Source: Caldilineaceae bacterium (GTDB lineage Bacteria; Chloroflexota; Anaerolineae; Caldilineales; Caldilineaceae). From it: 64,000 nt of DNA. Under the pieces are notes generated by a model, which searched no databases, was not told where the DNA came from, and saw nothing but the letters and a program-made list of their open reading frames with translations. Numbering within the stretch: position 1 is the stretch's first letter; every line of letters starts with the position of its first letter. The stretch spans positions 32,951 to 96,950 of the forward strand of contig JBEIHV010000001.1 in NCBI GenBank assembly GCA_040381095.1. The letters run 5' to 3'. Below, one piece after another: positions 35,316 through 45,927 of this stretch. Both the position numbers and the translations under genes were made by a program.

Positions 35316-37408
35316 TGGGCGTCACCTCACCGTCTCCGCAGAGGTCATGGAAAGAAGCGTCGGCCAACTGGCTGGCGCGTACCCTGCTGCCCGCCGATAT
35401 GGAGCGCCGCGCTCTGCTGCGCCTCAACATCCTGCGCATCCTCATTGTTGCCAATCTGCTCTTGGGAACATACTATATCGTCTGGCGTTGGGGTGCGTCG
35501 ATCAACTGGTCGTTCTGGTGGATCGCCGTACCGCTGGTCATCGCCGAAACCTACAGCTATCTCGATTCTTGGCTTTTTGGCCTGACGATCTGGCGATCCA
35601 CGCCGCGTACCACCTCCCCCCCTGCGCCGCCTGCAGTCACCGTCGATGTCTTGATCACCTGTTACAACGAGCCGATCGAGATCGTGCGCGAGACCGTACG
35701 CGCTGTCGTTGCCATCTCTTATCCGCACCGTACTTACATCATCGACGATGGCAACTCACCAGCGATGCGCGCGATGGCAGAAGCGGAGGGGGTCAGCTAC
35801 ATCGTGCGCACGGTCGAGTGGCAAGGCATGGATCGCCACGCCAAATCGGGCAATCTCAACAACGCCCTCTTTCAGACCACGGGCGAGTTTCTGCTCACCC
35901 TCGACGCCGATCAGATTCCGTCGCCCGCCATCCTCGATCGCACGTTGGGCTACTTCAGCGATCCGTGGGTCGCTTTTGTGCAGACACCCCAGTGGTTCTA
36001 CAATGTCCCGCCCGGCGACCCGTTTGGCAGCGACGCCCCACTCTTTTACGGGCCAATCCAGCAAGGCAAAGATGGCTGGAATGCTGCATTTTTTTGTGGT
36101 TCCAATGCCGTGCTGCGCCGTGATGCGTTGATGCAGATCGGCGTCAAGGCCTATTCCCGCGATTTGACAAAGCGCGTGCGCCGCTCCTTGCACACGGCCG
36201 ACCTGCTCCTCACCCAGCCCCCGCTGTTGGTGGACAGATCGGAACAGGCCGTGCGCGCTGCACTGCTCGAACTGCGCGCCGCCGTCAAACAGGTGCGCCA
36301 CAAACTGAGCGCCAAAGAATCGATCCAGTCAATTACGTGGGAGTTCCAGCGCCGTGCCCAGGAAGTAGCACAAGAGTTGGTCAGCCACGAGTTGATGCAC
36401 ATCCGCGCTGAGCTGGCCGACATTCCTGGCATCGACCTCGACCATGTGGAAAGCAGTTTCACCAAACTGCTCGAGGATGAGACGGCACTTGCGCAGCTTG
36501 CCAGCCGCACAACCTCGCCGCTGGCTGCGATCGAAACTGTGCGCCACCTGCTGATGGCCATCGACGTCGACCGCTCCGACGAGGCGATCCCGATCATGCC
36601 CTTTTCTACCATCTCTGTGACCGAAGATATGGCGACTGCCATGCGCCTGCACGCTGCCGGCTGGAAGTCGGTCTATCATCACGAGGTGCTGGCGCGCGGG
36701 CTGGCGCCCGAAGATTTGCGCACAGCGATGCAGCAGCGTCTGCGTTGGGCGCAAGGCACGATCCAGGTCATGCTGAGCGAGAGCCCGCTGACACAGCGCG
36801 GGCTTTCGTTCGGCCAGCGCCTGATGTACTTCGCGACCATGTGGAGCTACTTCTCTGGCTTCTTCAGTGTCATCTACATCGCCGCGCCGATTCTTTATCT
36901 TGGGTTGGGCTGGCTGCCCGTCAATGCCTTCTCGGCTGAATTGTTCCGGCATCTCATGCCCTATCTGCTGATCAATCAACTGTTTTTCCTGGTCGTCGGC
37001 TGGGGCAAGAAGACCTGGCGCGGCCAGCAATACAGCCTGGCGCTTTTCCCGTTGTGGATCCGCGCGGTGATCTCGGCAGTCAACAACGTCTATCGCGGCA
37101 AGAAGTTGGCCTTCGTTGTCACGCCCAAAACGCGGCAGGGCGGCCAACATTGGGATCTGGTGCGACCACAGATCGTCGCCATGCTGCTGCTGATCGGGAG
37201 CTCGATCTACGCGCTGGTGCGTCTGACGCTTGGACTGACCGACGAGGGCGTTTCGATTGTCACCAATATCTTCTGGGTAATGTACAATTTGATCCTGCTC
37301 AGTGCAGTGCTCGACGCCGCCACCTACCGCCCCCCAGAAGTGACCGAAAGCGGTGCCGCTGGCCAGGCCGTCGACACTGCTGCTCTGCTGCGTGGTCGCC
37401 CTGGATAG
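35312..37408 (+). CDS. bcsA: BcsA-type processive family-2 beta-glycosyltransferase (cellulose-synthase-like) with no PilZ domain
   Basis: Motifs in order: IIDDGN, LTLDADQ, FFCGSNAVLRR, SVTEDMATAMRLH, QQRLRWAQG, and KLAFVVTPK before the last TM helices. The protein ends about 30 aa after the last TM. An insertion of about 150 aa lies between FFCGS and TED. Confidence 0.85.
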   Translation: MMGVTSPSPQRSWKEASANWLARTLLPADMERRALLRLNILRILIVANLLLGTYYIVWRWGASINWSFWWIAVPLVIAETYSYLDSWLFGLTIWRSTPRTTSPPAPPAVTVDVLITCYNEPIEIVRETVRAVVAISYPHRTYIIDDGNSPAMRAMAEAEGVSYIVRTVEWQGMDRHAKSGNLNNALFQTTGEFLLTLDADQIPSPAILDRTLGYFSDPWVAFVQTPQWFYNVPPGDPFGSDAPLFYGPIQQGKDGWNAAFFCGSNAVLRRDALMQIGVKAYSRDLTKRVRRSLHTADLLLTQPPLLVDRSEQAVRAALLELRAAVKQVRHKLSAKESIQSITWEFQRRAQEVAQELVSHELMHIRAELADIPGIDLDHVESSFTKLLEDETALAQLASRTTSPLAAIETVRHLLMAIDVDRSDEAIPIMPFSTISVTEDMATAMRLHAAGWKSVYHHEVLARGLAPEDLRTAMQQRLRWAQGTIQVMLSESPLTQRGLSFGQRLMYFATMWSYFSGFFSVIYIAAPILYLGLGWLPVNAFSAELFRHLMPYLLINQLFFLVVGWGKKTWRGQQYSLALFPLWIRAVISAVNNVYRGKKLAFVVTPKTRQGGQHWDLVRPQIVAMLLLIGSSIYALVRLTLGLTDEGVSIVTNIFWVMYNLILLSAVLDAATYRPPEVTESGAAGQAVDTAALLRGRPG

Positions 37409-37449
37409 CACCGTCATCCAGCAGGGCGGTACCTGTTTGGTAGAAAGGA

Positions 37450-37797
37450 ATGGAGATGAAGTGGACCGTTGAACCCCGCAGCGCAGTCGGCGCTGTGATT
37501 AGGCTGGAAGGTCGGCTGGATCTGCTGTCTGCGGCAGCAGTCAAGACGATGCTCAGCGAGAGTGTGACTCAGGGACGACGCCATCTGGTCGTCGATCTTG
37601 CCGAGGTGACCAGCATAGACAGCTCCGGTCTTGGAGCGCTGATCGGCGGGCTGAAAGCGACTCGGCTGGCAGGCGGCGACCTGCGCGTGGCACGACCGAA
37701 TCAGCAGGTACAACTTGTCTTCAGTCTTACTTCGCTCGATCGCGTATTGAAGCCGTATGTCACGCTGGACGAAGCCGCTTCAGATTTTCTCGAGTAA
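37450..37797 (+). CDS. STAS-domain anti-sigma-factor antagonist (SpoIIAA/RsbV-like)
   Basis: 115 aa. L.G.LD....., then VVDLAEVTSIDSSGLGALIG with the phosphorylatable Ser after the Asp. Confidence 0.85.
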   Translation: MEMKWTVEPRSAVGAVIRLEGRLDLLSAAAVKTMLSESVTQGRRHLVVDLAEVTSIDSSGLGALIGGLKATRLAGGDLRVARPNQQVQLVFSLTSLDRVLKPYVTLDEAASDFLE

Positions 37798-38259
37798 ATG
37801 ACCGTGTGTATCGAATCTGCAGCAAGTGTTCACGAAACGGTCGAGCTGCCTGCGCTTGTCGAGCAGCTCGAGGCGGTTCGCCTGTGCATCACGCACTTTT
37901 GGGCGGCGACTGAACGGCGGCTGGCATACCCGCTGCCCGTACAGCTGCGACAAGAGTTTGAGACCGCTGTGATCGAAATTGCCAACAACATTGTGCGGCA
38001 CGCCTATCCGCCTTCCGCTGCAGCGGCGACGATGTGGATGGAACTGACATACAATAGATGCTGTATTGTCGCGCACTTCATCGACTCGGGCGTACCCTTT
38101 ACCAGATCGCTGCCGTCGACGCGCGCTGAGATGCCCGACCCCCTGGAGTTGCCGGAGCGGGGCTGGGGGCTTCAAATCGTACATGCACTCGTAGACGAGC
38201 TGTCCTACACACGCAACCCAGATGGCACCAACCACTGGCGGCTGCGAAAAGTAGCCTAA
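37798..38259 (+). CDS. RsbW/SpoIIAB-type anti-sigma serine kinase (HATPase_c_2)
   Basis: The start codon directly abuts the STAS stop. N-box EIANNIVRHA, DSG, and G-box RGWGLQIVHALVDEL. Confidence 0.75.
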   Translation: MTVCIESAASVHETVELPALVEQLEAVRLCITHFWAATERRLAYPLPVQLRQEFETAVIEIANNIVRHAYPPSAAAATMWMELTYNRCCIVAHFIDSGVPFTRSLPSTRAEMPDPLELPERGWGLQIVHALVDELSYTRNPDGTNHWRLRKVA

Positions 38260-38423
38260 GAGAACGCTTTTGGTGGGTACCCAGACGATTCGCTCCGACG
38301 AAAGTGGCAATGTCACCCTGCTGCCCATTTGCGCCGCCGTGCTGAGCAGAGGTGTTGAGCAGATGTGGGTTGCTGCCCACAACCTGCCCCCATCGTGCAG
38401 TCCCCTCCTGCATTGACAAAAGA

Positions 38424-38453
38424 TTGGCAGGAGCAGACAGCCCCTTCTATAAT
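38424..38453 (+). promoter_or_regulatory. candidate promoter upstream of radA
   Basis: TTGGCA (38424-38429), an 18-nt spacer, then TATAAT (38448-38453). Confidence 0.35.
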
Positions 38454-38518
38454 GAGATGCAGCGGTTCCAGACCTGGCCGGGAGCTGGTCAGGGAACTTG
38501 GGGCGCGAGGAGGAAGCG

Positions 38519-39904
<1,386 letters not shown>

Positions 39905-40039
39905 ATTGGCCTTTGCCTTGTGGGGCAAAGACACGCCTGCGCGCGACTTTGTGACAAAATATGGGTTATTGATCTCTGAACAATCATTCGATCGGAATTC
40001 GGAACACTTGTCAATTGAGGAATCAACGATTTAGCACGT

Positions 40040-41308
40040 ATGACAACCAACAACCACACAACACCGCCGCGCGTGGTGATCACCGGCATGGGGGCATTGA
40101 CTCCACTGGGACACACCGTGGAGGCGACCTGGCAGAACCTGGTCGCCGGCCACAGCGGCATCGACCATATCTCCCGTTTCTCCACAGCTGATCTGCGGGT
40201 CAACTTTGCCGGCGAGGTACGCGATTTTGACCCAGGTCTGTACATGGATCGCAAGGAGGCCAGGCGGCTGGACCCTTGCATCCAGTACGCGTTGGTGGCG
40301 ACGCGCCAGGCCATCGTCGACGCTGGCCTTGATCTGGACAACGAGGACCCAACCCGGATTGGGGTGGTGATCGGCAGTGGGATCGGGGGGGTGAGCAGTT
40401 TTCAGGAGAACATCGAGCTGGTGCAGGCCAAGGGGTTGCGCAAGGTCAGCCCGTTCATGGTGCCCAACATGCTGGTCGACAGTCCGGGTGGCAAAGTGGC
40501 GATCGAGTTTGACCTGCAGGGCCCCAACCATGCGGTGGTGAGCGCCTGCGCCAGCGGCACAACCGCATGCGGGGAGGCATTTGAAATTTTGCGGCGCGGG
40601 GATGCCGACGTGCTGGTGGCGGGCGGCACTGAGGCGGCGCTGCTGCCGATCCATCTGGCTGCTTTCGATGTGATGGGCGCGCTCAGCCAGCGGGTGGAGG
40701 ATCCCAAGACAGCCTGCCGTCCCTTCGACAACAGCCGCGATGGGTTCGTGATGAGCGAAGGTTCAGCCGTGTTGATCTTGGAAACGCTCGAACACGCGCT
40801 GGCGCGCGGGGCCCACATCTACGCCGAGATGATCGGCTACGGCAATACCAACGACGCCTACCATATGGCGGCGCCGCACATCACAGGGCGTGGGGCCGCC
40901 GAGGCGATGCGTGTGGCGCTGCGCAAGGCAGCCGCCTACGGCGAAGGGCTGAAGGATGTCGACTACATCAACGCGCACGGCACCGCTACGCGGCTCAACG
41001 ATGTCGGCGAGACGCTGGCGATCAAACAAGTCTTCGGTGAGGCGGCCTACAGCGTGCGCATCAGCAGCACCAAAAGTATGACAGGCCATCTGCTGGGCGC
41101 CGCAGGTGCCTTGGAAGCGATCATCTGCACCAAAACGATCAACACCGGCCTGGTCGCGCCGACGATCAACCTGCATGAACCGGACCCGGCGTGTGATCTC
41201 AATTACACGCCCAACCAGGCGGTGGAGATGGATGTGCGGGTGACCTTGAGCAACAGTTTTGGGTTCGGCGGGCACAACGCCTGTATCCTGTTGCGCCGCT
41301 ACGTCTAG
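40040..41308 (+). CDS. fabF: beta-ketoacyl-ACP synthase II
   Basis: 422 aa. RVVITGMG, active-site SACASG, and the two His motifs (NAHGTAT, HLLGAAG). C-terminal NSFGFGGHN. Confidence 0.93.
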   Translation: MTTNNHTTPPRVVITGMGALTPLGHTVEATWQNLVAGHSGIDHISRFSTADLRVNFAGEVRDFDPGLYMDRKEARRLDPCIQYALVATRQAIVDAGLDLDNEDPTRIGVVIGSGIGGVSSFQENIELVQAKGLRKVSPFMVPNMLVDSPGGKVAIEFDLQGPNHAVVSACASGTTACGEAFEILRRGDADVLVAGGTEAALLPIHLAAFDVMGALSQRVEDPKTACRPFDNSRDGFVMSEGSAVLILETLEHALARGAHIYAEMIGYGNTNDAYHMAAPHITGRGAAEAMRVALRKAAAYGEGLKDVDYINAHGTATRLNDVGETLAIKQVFGEAAYSVRISSTKSMTGHLLGAAGALEAIICTKTINTGLVAPTINLHEPDPACDLNYTPNQAVEMDVRVTLSNSFGFGGHNACILLRRYV

Positions 41309-41332
41309 CGTTGCAACAACGAAGGAGGAGCC

Positions 41333-42634
41333 ATGGCAGATGCCACGAAACCGCCAGACCGAGCAGCGAACAACGGGACAGCGAACAACGGGACAGCCGG
41401 GCAGGAGCCGCGGGCAGAGAGGGTCGGCGAGCCGGCCTATCGCCCGCGGTACGCCCACATTGTGGGGTGGGGTTCGTATGTCCCAGAGAAGGTGATCACC
41501 AACCACGATCTGGAACAGATCGTGGACACCAACGACGAGTGGATCCGCAGCCGCACCGGCATTGCCGAGCGCCATGTGGCAGCAGACCCCAAGGAGACGT
41601 CGGTGACGCTGGCAGTGGCGGCCGCCCGCAAGGCGCTGGAGGTAGCCGATGTGCCGGCCGGCAAGATCGACCTGATCGTCTGTGCCACGACCACACCGGA
41701 ATATGCCTTTCCTGCCACCGCTTGCCTGATCCAGGATGCGTTGGGGGCAGACAACGCCGGGGCCTTTGACCTGAGTGCGGCCTGCTCTGGGTTTGTCTAC
41801 GGGCTGGCGATGGCCCGCGGCCAGATTCTGGCGGGCGACGCCGAGTATGTGTTGGTGATCGGCACCGAGACCCTGTCGCGCATTGTGGACTGGACCGACC
41901 GTGGGACGTGCATTTTGTTTGGGGATGGGGCGGGCGCCGTGCTGGTGGCTGCCAGTGAGGTGCCAGGAGGAATTTTGGCGGTCGATCTGGGCAGCGATGG
42001 GTCGGGGGGCAACACCCTGATTTTGCCGGCCGGGGGCAGTGCAATGCCGACCAGCCTGGAGACGGTCAGCAGCGGCATGCACTATCTCAAAATGGACGGC
42101 AAGGCGGTCTTTCGGTTTGCAACCCGGGTGATGGCTGCGTCGACGCGCAAGGTGCTGACCCGAGCCGGCTACACGCCAGAGGAGGTCGATCTGGTGGTGC
42201 CCCACCAGGCCAATCTCCGGATCATCCAGAACAGTGTGCTGAACCAGCTGAAAATTCCAGAAGAAAAAGTCTTTATCAACCTGGAAAAGTATGGCAACAC
42301 GAGCACGGCCAGCATCCCCATCGCGCTCTGCGAGGCGATCGCAGCGGGGAAGCTGCGTACAGGCCACAAAGTGGTTTTCGTTGGCTTTGGCGCGGGGCTG
42401 ACTTGGGCTGCCTGCGCGATCGACTGGCGCACGCCGATCGACAAAGCAGAGGCAAACTGGTGGAAGAATACCCGGCGGCAGGCGACCTACAGTGCGGCCG
42501 CTGCGCGCAGCATGTGGCGGCGTGCGGTACGGTGGGTCTACGACGTGCTGCCCGACCCTGAGGCCAAGGGCCAAGATGCCCGCCGTGACCGGGAGGAGAC
42601 AGGGGGCCAAGAGGGCACCGACGAAGAGGCCTGA
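41333..42634 (+). CDS. fabH: beta-ketoacyl-ACP synthase III with N- and C-terminal extensions
   Basis: Core from IVGWGSYVPEKVITN to GFGAGLTWAACAIDW, with SAACSGF, HQANLRI and GNTSTASIP. About 40 extra N-terminal and 70 extra C-terminal residues. Confidence 0.88.
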   Translation: MADATKPPDRAANNGTANNGTAGQEPRAERVGEPAYRPRYAHIVGWGSYVPEKVITNHDLEQIVDTNDEWIRSRTGIAERHVAADPKETSVTLAVAAARKALEVADVPAGKIDLIVCATTTPEYAFPATACLIQDALGADNAGAFDLSAACSGFVYGLAMARGQILAGDAEYVLVIGTETLSRIVDWTDRGTCILFGDGAGAVLVAASEVPGGILAVDLGSDGSGGNTLILPAGGSAMPTSLETVSSGMHYLKMDGKAVFRFATRVMAASTRKVLTRAGYTPEEVDLVVPHQANLRIIQNSVLNQLKIPEEKVFINLEKYGNTSTASIPIALCEAIAAGKLRTGHKVVFVGFGAGLTWAACAIDWRTPIDKAEANWWKNTRRQATYSAAAARSMWRRAVRWVYDVLPDPEAKGQDARRDREETGGQEGTDEEA

Positions 42635-42679
42635 GCGGGAGGAGGCTGCCTGGACAGCCTTCCCCGCTCCAAACATTGA

Positions 42680-44000
<1,321 letters not shown>

Positions 44001-44002
<2 letters not shown>

Positions 44003-44037
44003 GCTCGTAGATTCAGGCTCGTAGATTCAGGCTCGCA
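44001..44037. repeat. 14-bp tandem repeat (about 2.5 copies) in the eno / tlpA-like convergent spacer
   Basis: AGGCTCGTAGATTC occurs at 44001 and 44015, with a partial third copy. CTCGTAGA can also pair with TCTACGAG (44050-44057). Confidence 0.6.
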
Positions 44038-44065
44038 GAGCGAGGGAGCTCTACGAGTCTGAAGT

Positions 44066-44671
44066 TTACAGCGGCTCTTCGTCGGCGACGATCTTTTCCA
44101 GATAGTCGGCCAGCGCCGCTGGGGTCACGATGCCGGCGTGGATGGCCTGGATTCGGCCCTCTGCGTCTACAAAGACTGTGGTTGGCAGGCCGCGTACCCC
44201 AAACTGGTCGGCGACCTTGCCTTCGCTGTCGAGGACGACCGGGGTCACCATCTCAAACGACTGGGCGAAGGGTTCGACGGCGGTGAGTGGCTCGCGCAGG
44301 TTGACCGCCAGCAGCAGCAGGCCGGGGTCTGCGGCGACAGAGCGCATCAACTCCGGCATCTCAATCCGGCAAGGCCCACACCAGGTTGCCCAAAAATTGA
44401 TCACGACCGGGGTTCCGTGCAGGTCGCTCAGCCGAATGTAGCGTCCATCTTCGAGCTGCAAGACAAAGTCAGGCGCCGGGCTGCCGGGCTGCAGCGCCGA
44501 TCCGCCGCTGGTAGGGAGGAGTGCTGTCGGGTACCCGCGCCCCACCCCTGCCGGGAAGGCGGCCAGTTCGCTCTGCTGCGCCGGGTCCAGCGCTGGGCTG
44601 GCAGCACAACCTGCCAGCCCAGCGACCCAAAGCGCGATCAGCGCTGCCCACGAGCACAGACGGTGCACCAT
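44066..44671 (-). CDS. TlpA/ResA-like thiol:disulfide oxidoreductase lipoprotein
   Basis: The start was moved to the ATG at 44671 (MVHRL...); the listed ORF starts at 44713. Lipobox LAGC and the thioredoxin motif WATWCGPC. Confidence 0.8.
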   Translation of the reverse strand: MVHRLCSWAALIALWVAGLAGCAASPALDPAQQSELAAFPAGVGRGYPTALLPTSGGSALQPGSPAPDFVLQLEDGRYIRLSDLHGTPVVINFWATWCGPCRIEMPELMRSVAADPGLLLLAVNLREPLTAVEPFAQSFEMVTPVVLDSEGKVADQFGVRGLPTTVFVDAEGRIQAIHAGIVTPAALADYLEKIVADEEPL

Positions 44672-44676
44672 CTGGC

Positions 44677-45612
44677 TTATTGCTCCAGCGGCTTGGCGGG
44701 GTCGTTGCCCCACTCCACCCAGGATCCATCGTAGTTGCGCACGTCGGGGTAGCCGAGCAACTGGCTGAGCACGAACCAGGTATGTGCGCCGCGCACGCCG
44801 GTCTGGCAGTAGGTGATGATCTGTTTGTCTGGTGCAAAACCAGCTTTCTGATAGAGCGTTGCCAGCTCGCTGACCGGCTTGAAGGTTCCTGTGTCCTGGT
44901 TGACAGCCTCTGCCCAGTCCACGTTGATCGCGCCGGGAATGTGGCCGCCGCGCGCTGCGCGCACGTCGGTGCCGGCGTACTCGCCCGGCCCGCGTGCGTC
45001 ACAGAGGACCGTGTCGGGGTCATCCAGGTGTTCCAGCACATAGTCGCCTGTGGTGCGCAGCGCTGCGTCGGGGTCCCCCGCCACGTAGCTGCTGGCCGGC
45101 AACGCCGCCACCGGCTCGGTGCTCAGGCTGTTGCCCGCAGCGACCCACTGGGTAGCGCCCCCATCGTAGAGCCGCACATCGGCGTGTTGGTAGTATTTGA
45201 AGACCCAGTAGGCGCGTGCCGCCAACAGGTTGTTGTTGCCGTCGTAGACGACCAGCGTGTCATCGTTTTCGATGCCAAGCTGGCTGAAGAGTGCCGAGAG
45301 CGCTTCTTGGGTCAGGATCTGTCCTTCGGTTGGGTCGTCCGGGTTGGTGAGGTTTTCGCCCAGATGGATGTAGAGCGCCCCGGGCAGAAAGCCGGCGTCG
45401 TAGTCCTCTCGCTTGCTGTGGATGGCCAGCAGGCGCACATTGGGGTTGTCCAGGTTTTCAGTGACCCAGGCTGTGTCGACCAGGGCATCTGGGTTGGCGA
45501 CGGTGGTGACGGGTACAGAAGCCGATTGGGCAACTGGAACGACTGCCGTGCAGCCAGCCACCATCCAGGCCAGCAGAATCCACAAAATTGGGCCAAACAA
45601 TTGGGTGTGCAT
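44677..45612 (-). CDS. two-domain rhodanese (thiosulfate sulfurtransferase) lipoprotein
   Basis: The ATG at 45612 gives MHTQLFGPILWILLAWMVAGC (signal peptide plus lipobox). The C-terminal active-site loop is YCQTGVRGA. Confidence 0.85.
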   Translation of the reverse strand: MHTQLFGPILWILLAWMVAGCTAVVPVAQSASVPVTTVANPDALVDTAWVTENLDNPNVRLLAIHSKREDYDAGFLPGALYIHLGENLTNPDDPTEGQILTQEALSALFSQLGIENDDTLVVYDGNNNLLAARAYWVFKYYQHADVRLYDGGATQWVAAGNSLSTEPVAALPASSYVAGDPDAALRTTGDYVLEHLDDPDTVLCDARGPGEYAGTDVRAARGGHIPGAINVDWAEAVNQDTGTFKPVSELATLYQKAGFAPDKQIITYCQTGVRGAHTWFVLSQLLGYPDVRNYDGSWVEWGNDPAKPLEQ

Positions 45613-45632
45613 GGGTGTTTCCTTAAAAGTTT

Positions 45633-45866
45633 TCAAGAGGATTGGCGGGTCAAACGAATTTTCCATTCAGGTGTGCCGGTTTCTTCGATCACAGCGGTGT
45701 AACCGAGGCGGGCAGCCTGTGTCGGGATCGTCTCCAGGGCGGGTGCATGGTCGGTTGTCACTTCGAGGCCTGCGTCGGCCGGCGTCAGTTTTTTCAAGGC
45801 CTGCACCGTCTTCATCATCGGGTAGGGGCAGATCTCGCCGCGTACGTCCAGCTGTTTGAGTGACAT
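45633..45866 (-). CDS. TusA/SirA/YeeD-like sulfur-carrier protein
   Basis: 77 aa. LDVRGEICPYPMMKT carries the CPxP motif. Confidence 0.85.
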   Translation of the reverse strand: MSLKQLDVRGEICPYPMMKTVQALKKLTPADAGLEVTTDHAPALETIPTQAARLGYTAVIEETGTPEWKIRLTRQSS

Positions 45867-45927
45867 GGGTGGGTTCCTTTCTTGGGTTGACCGTGTGGCT
45901 GTGTAGAACAGGCTGGCTGTTCGAAGG

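Noticed and set aside
36146-36601. The possibility that the BcsA insertion hides a PilZ domain (KRVRRS ... DRSEQA, loosely like RxxxR ... DxSxxG).
   Set aside because: The second motif lacks the Gly. The spacing and the strongly helical composition do not fit a PilZ beta-barrel, and the position (inside the GT domain) is wrong for PilZ.
37450-38518. A search for the sigma factor expected next to a STAS/RsbW pair.
   Set aside because: None is present. The sequence after the kinase (38260-38518) has no protein-like ORF and leads into a radA promoter-like site. The absence is used as evidence in the main finding rather than reported as a feature.
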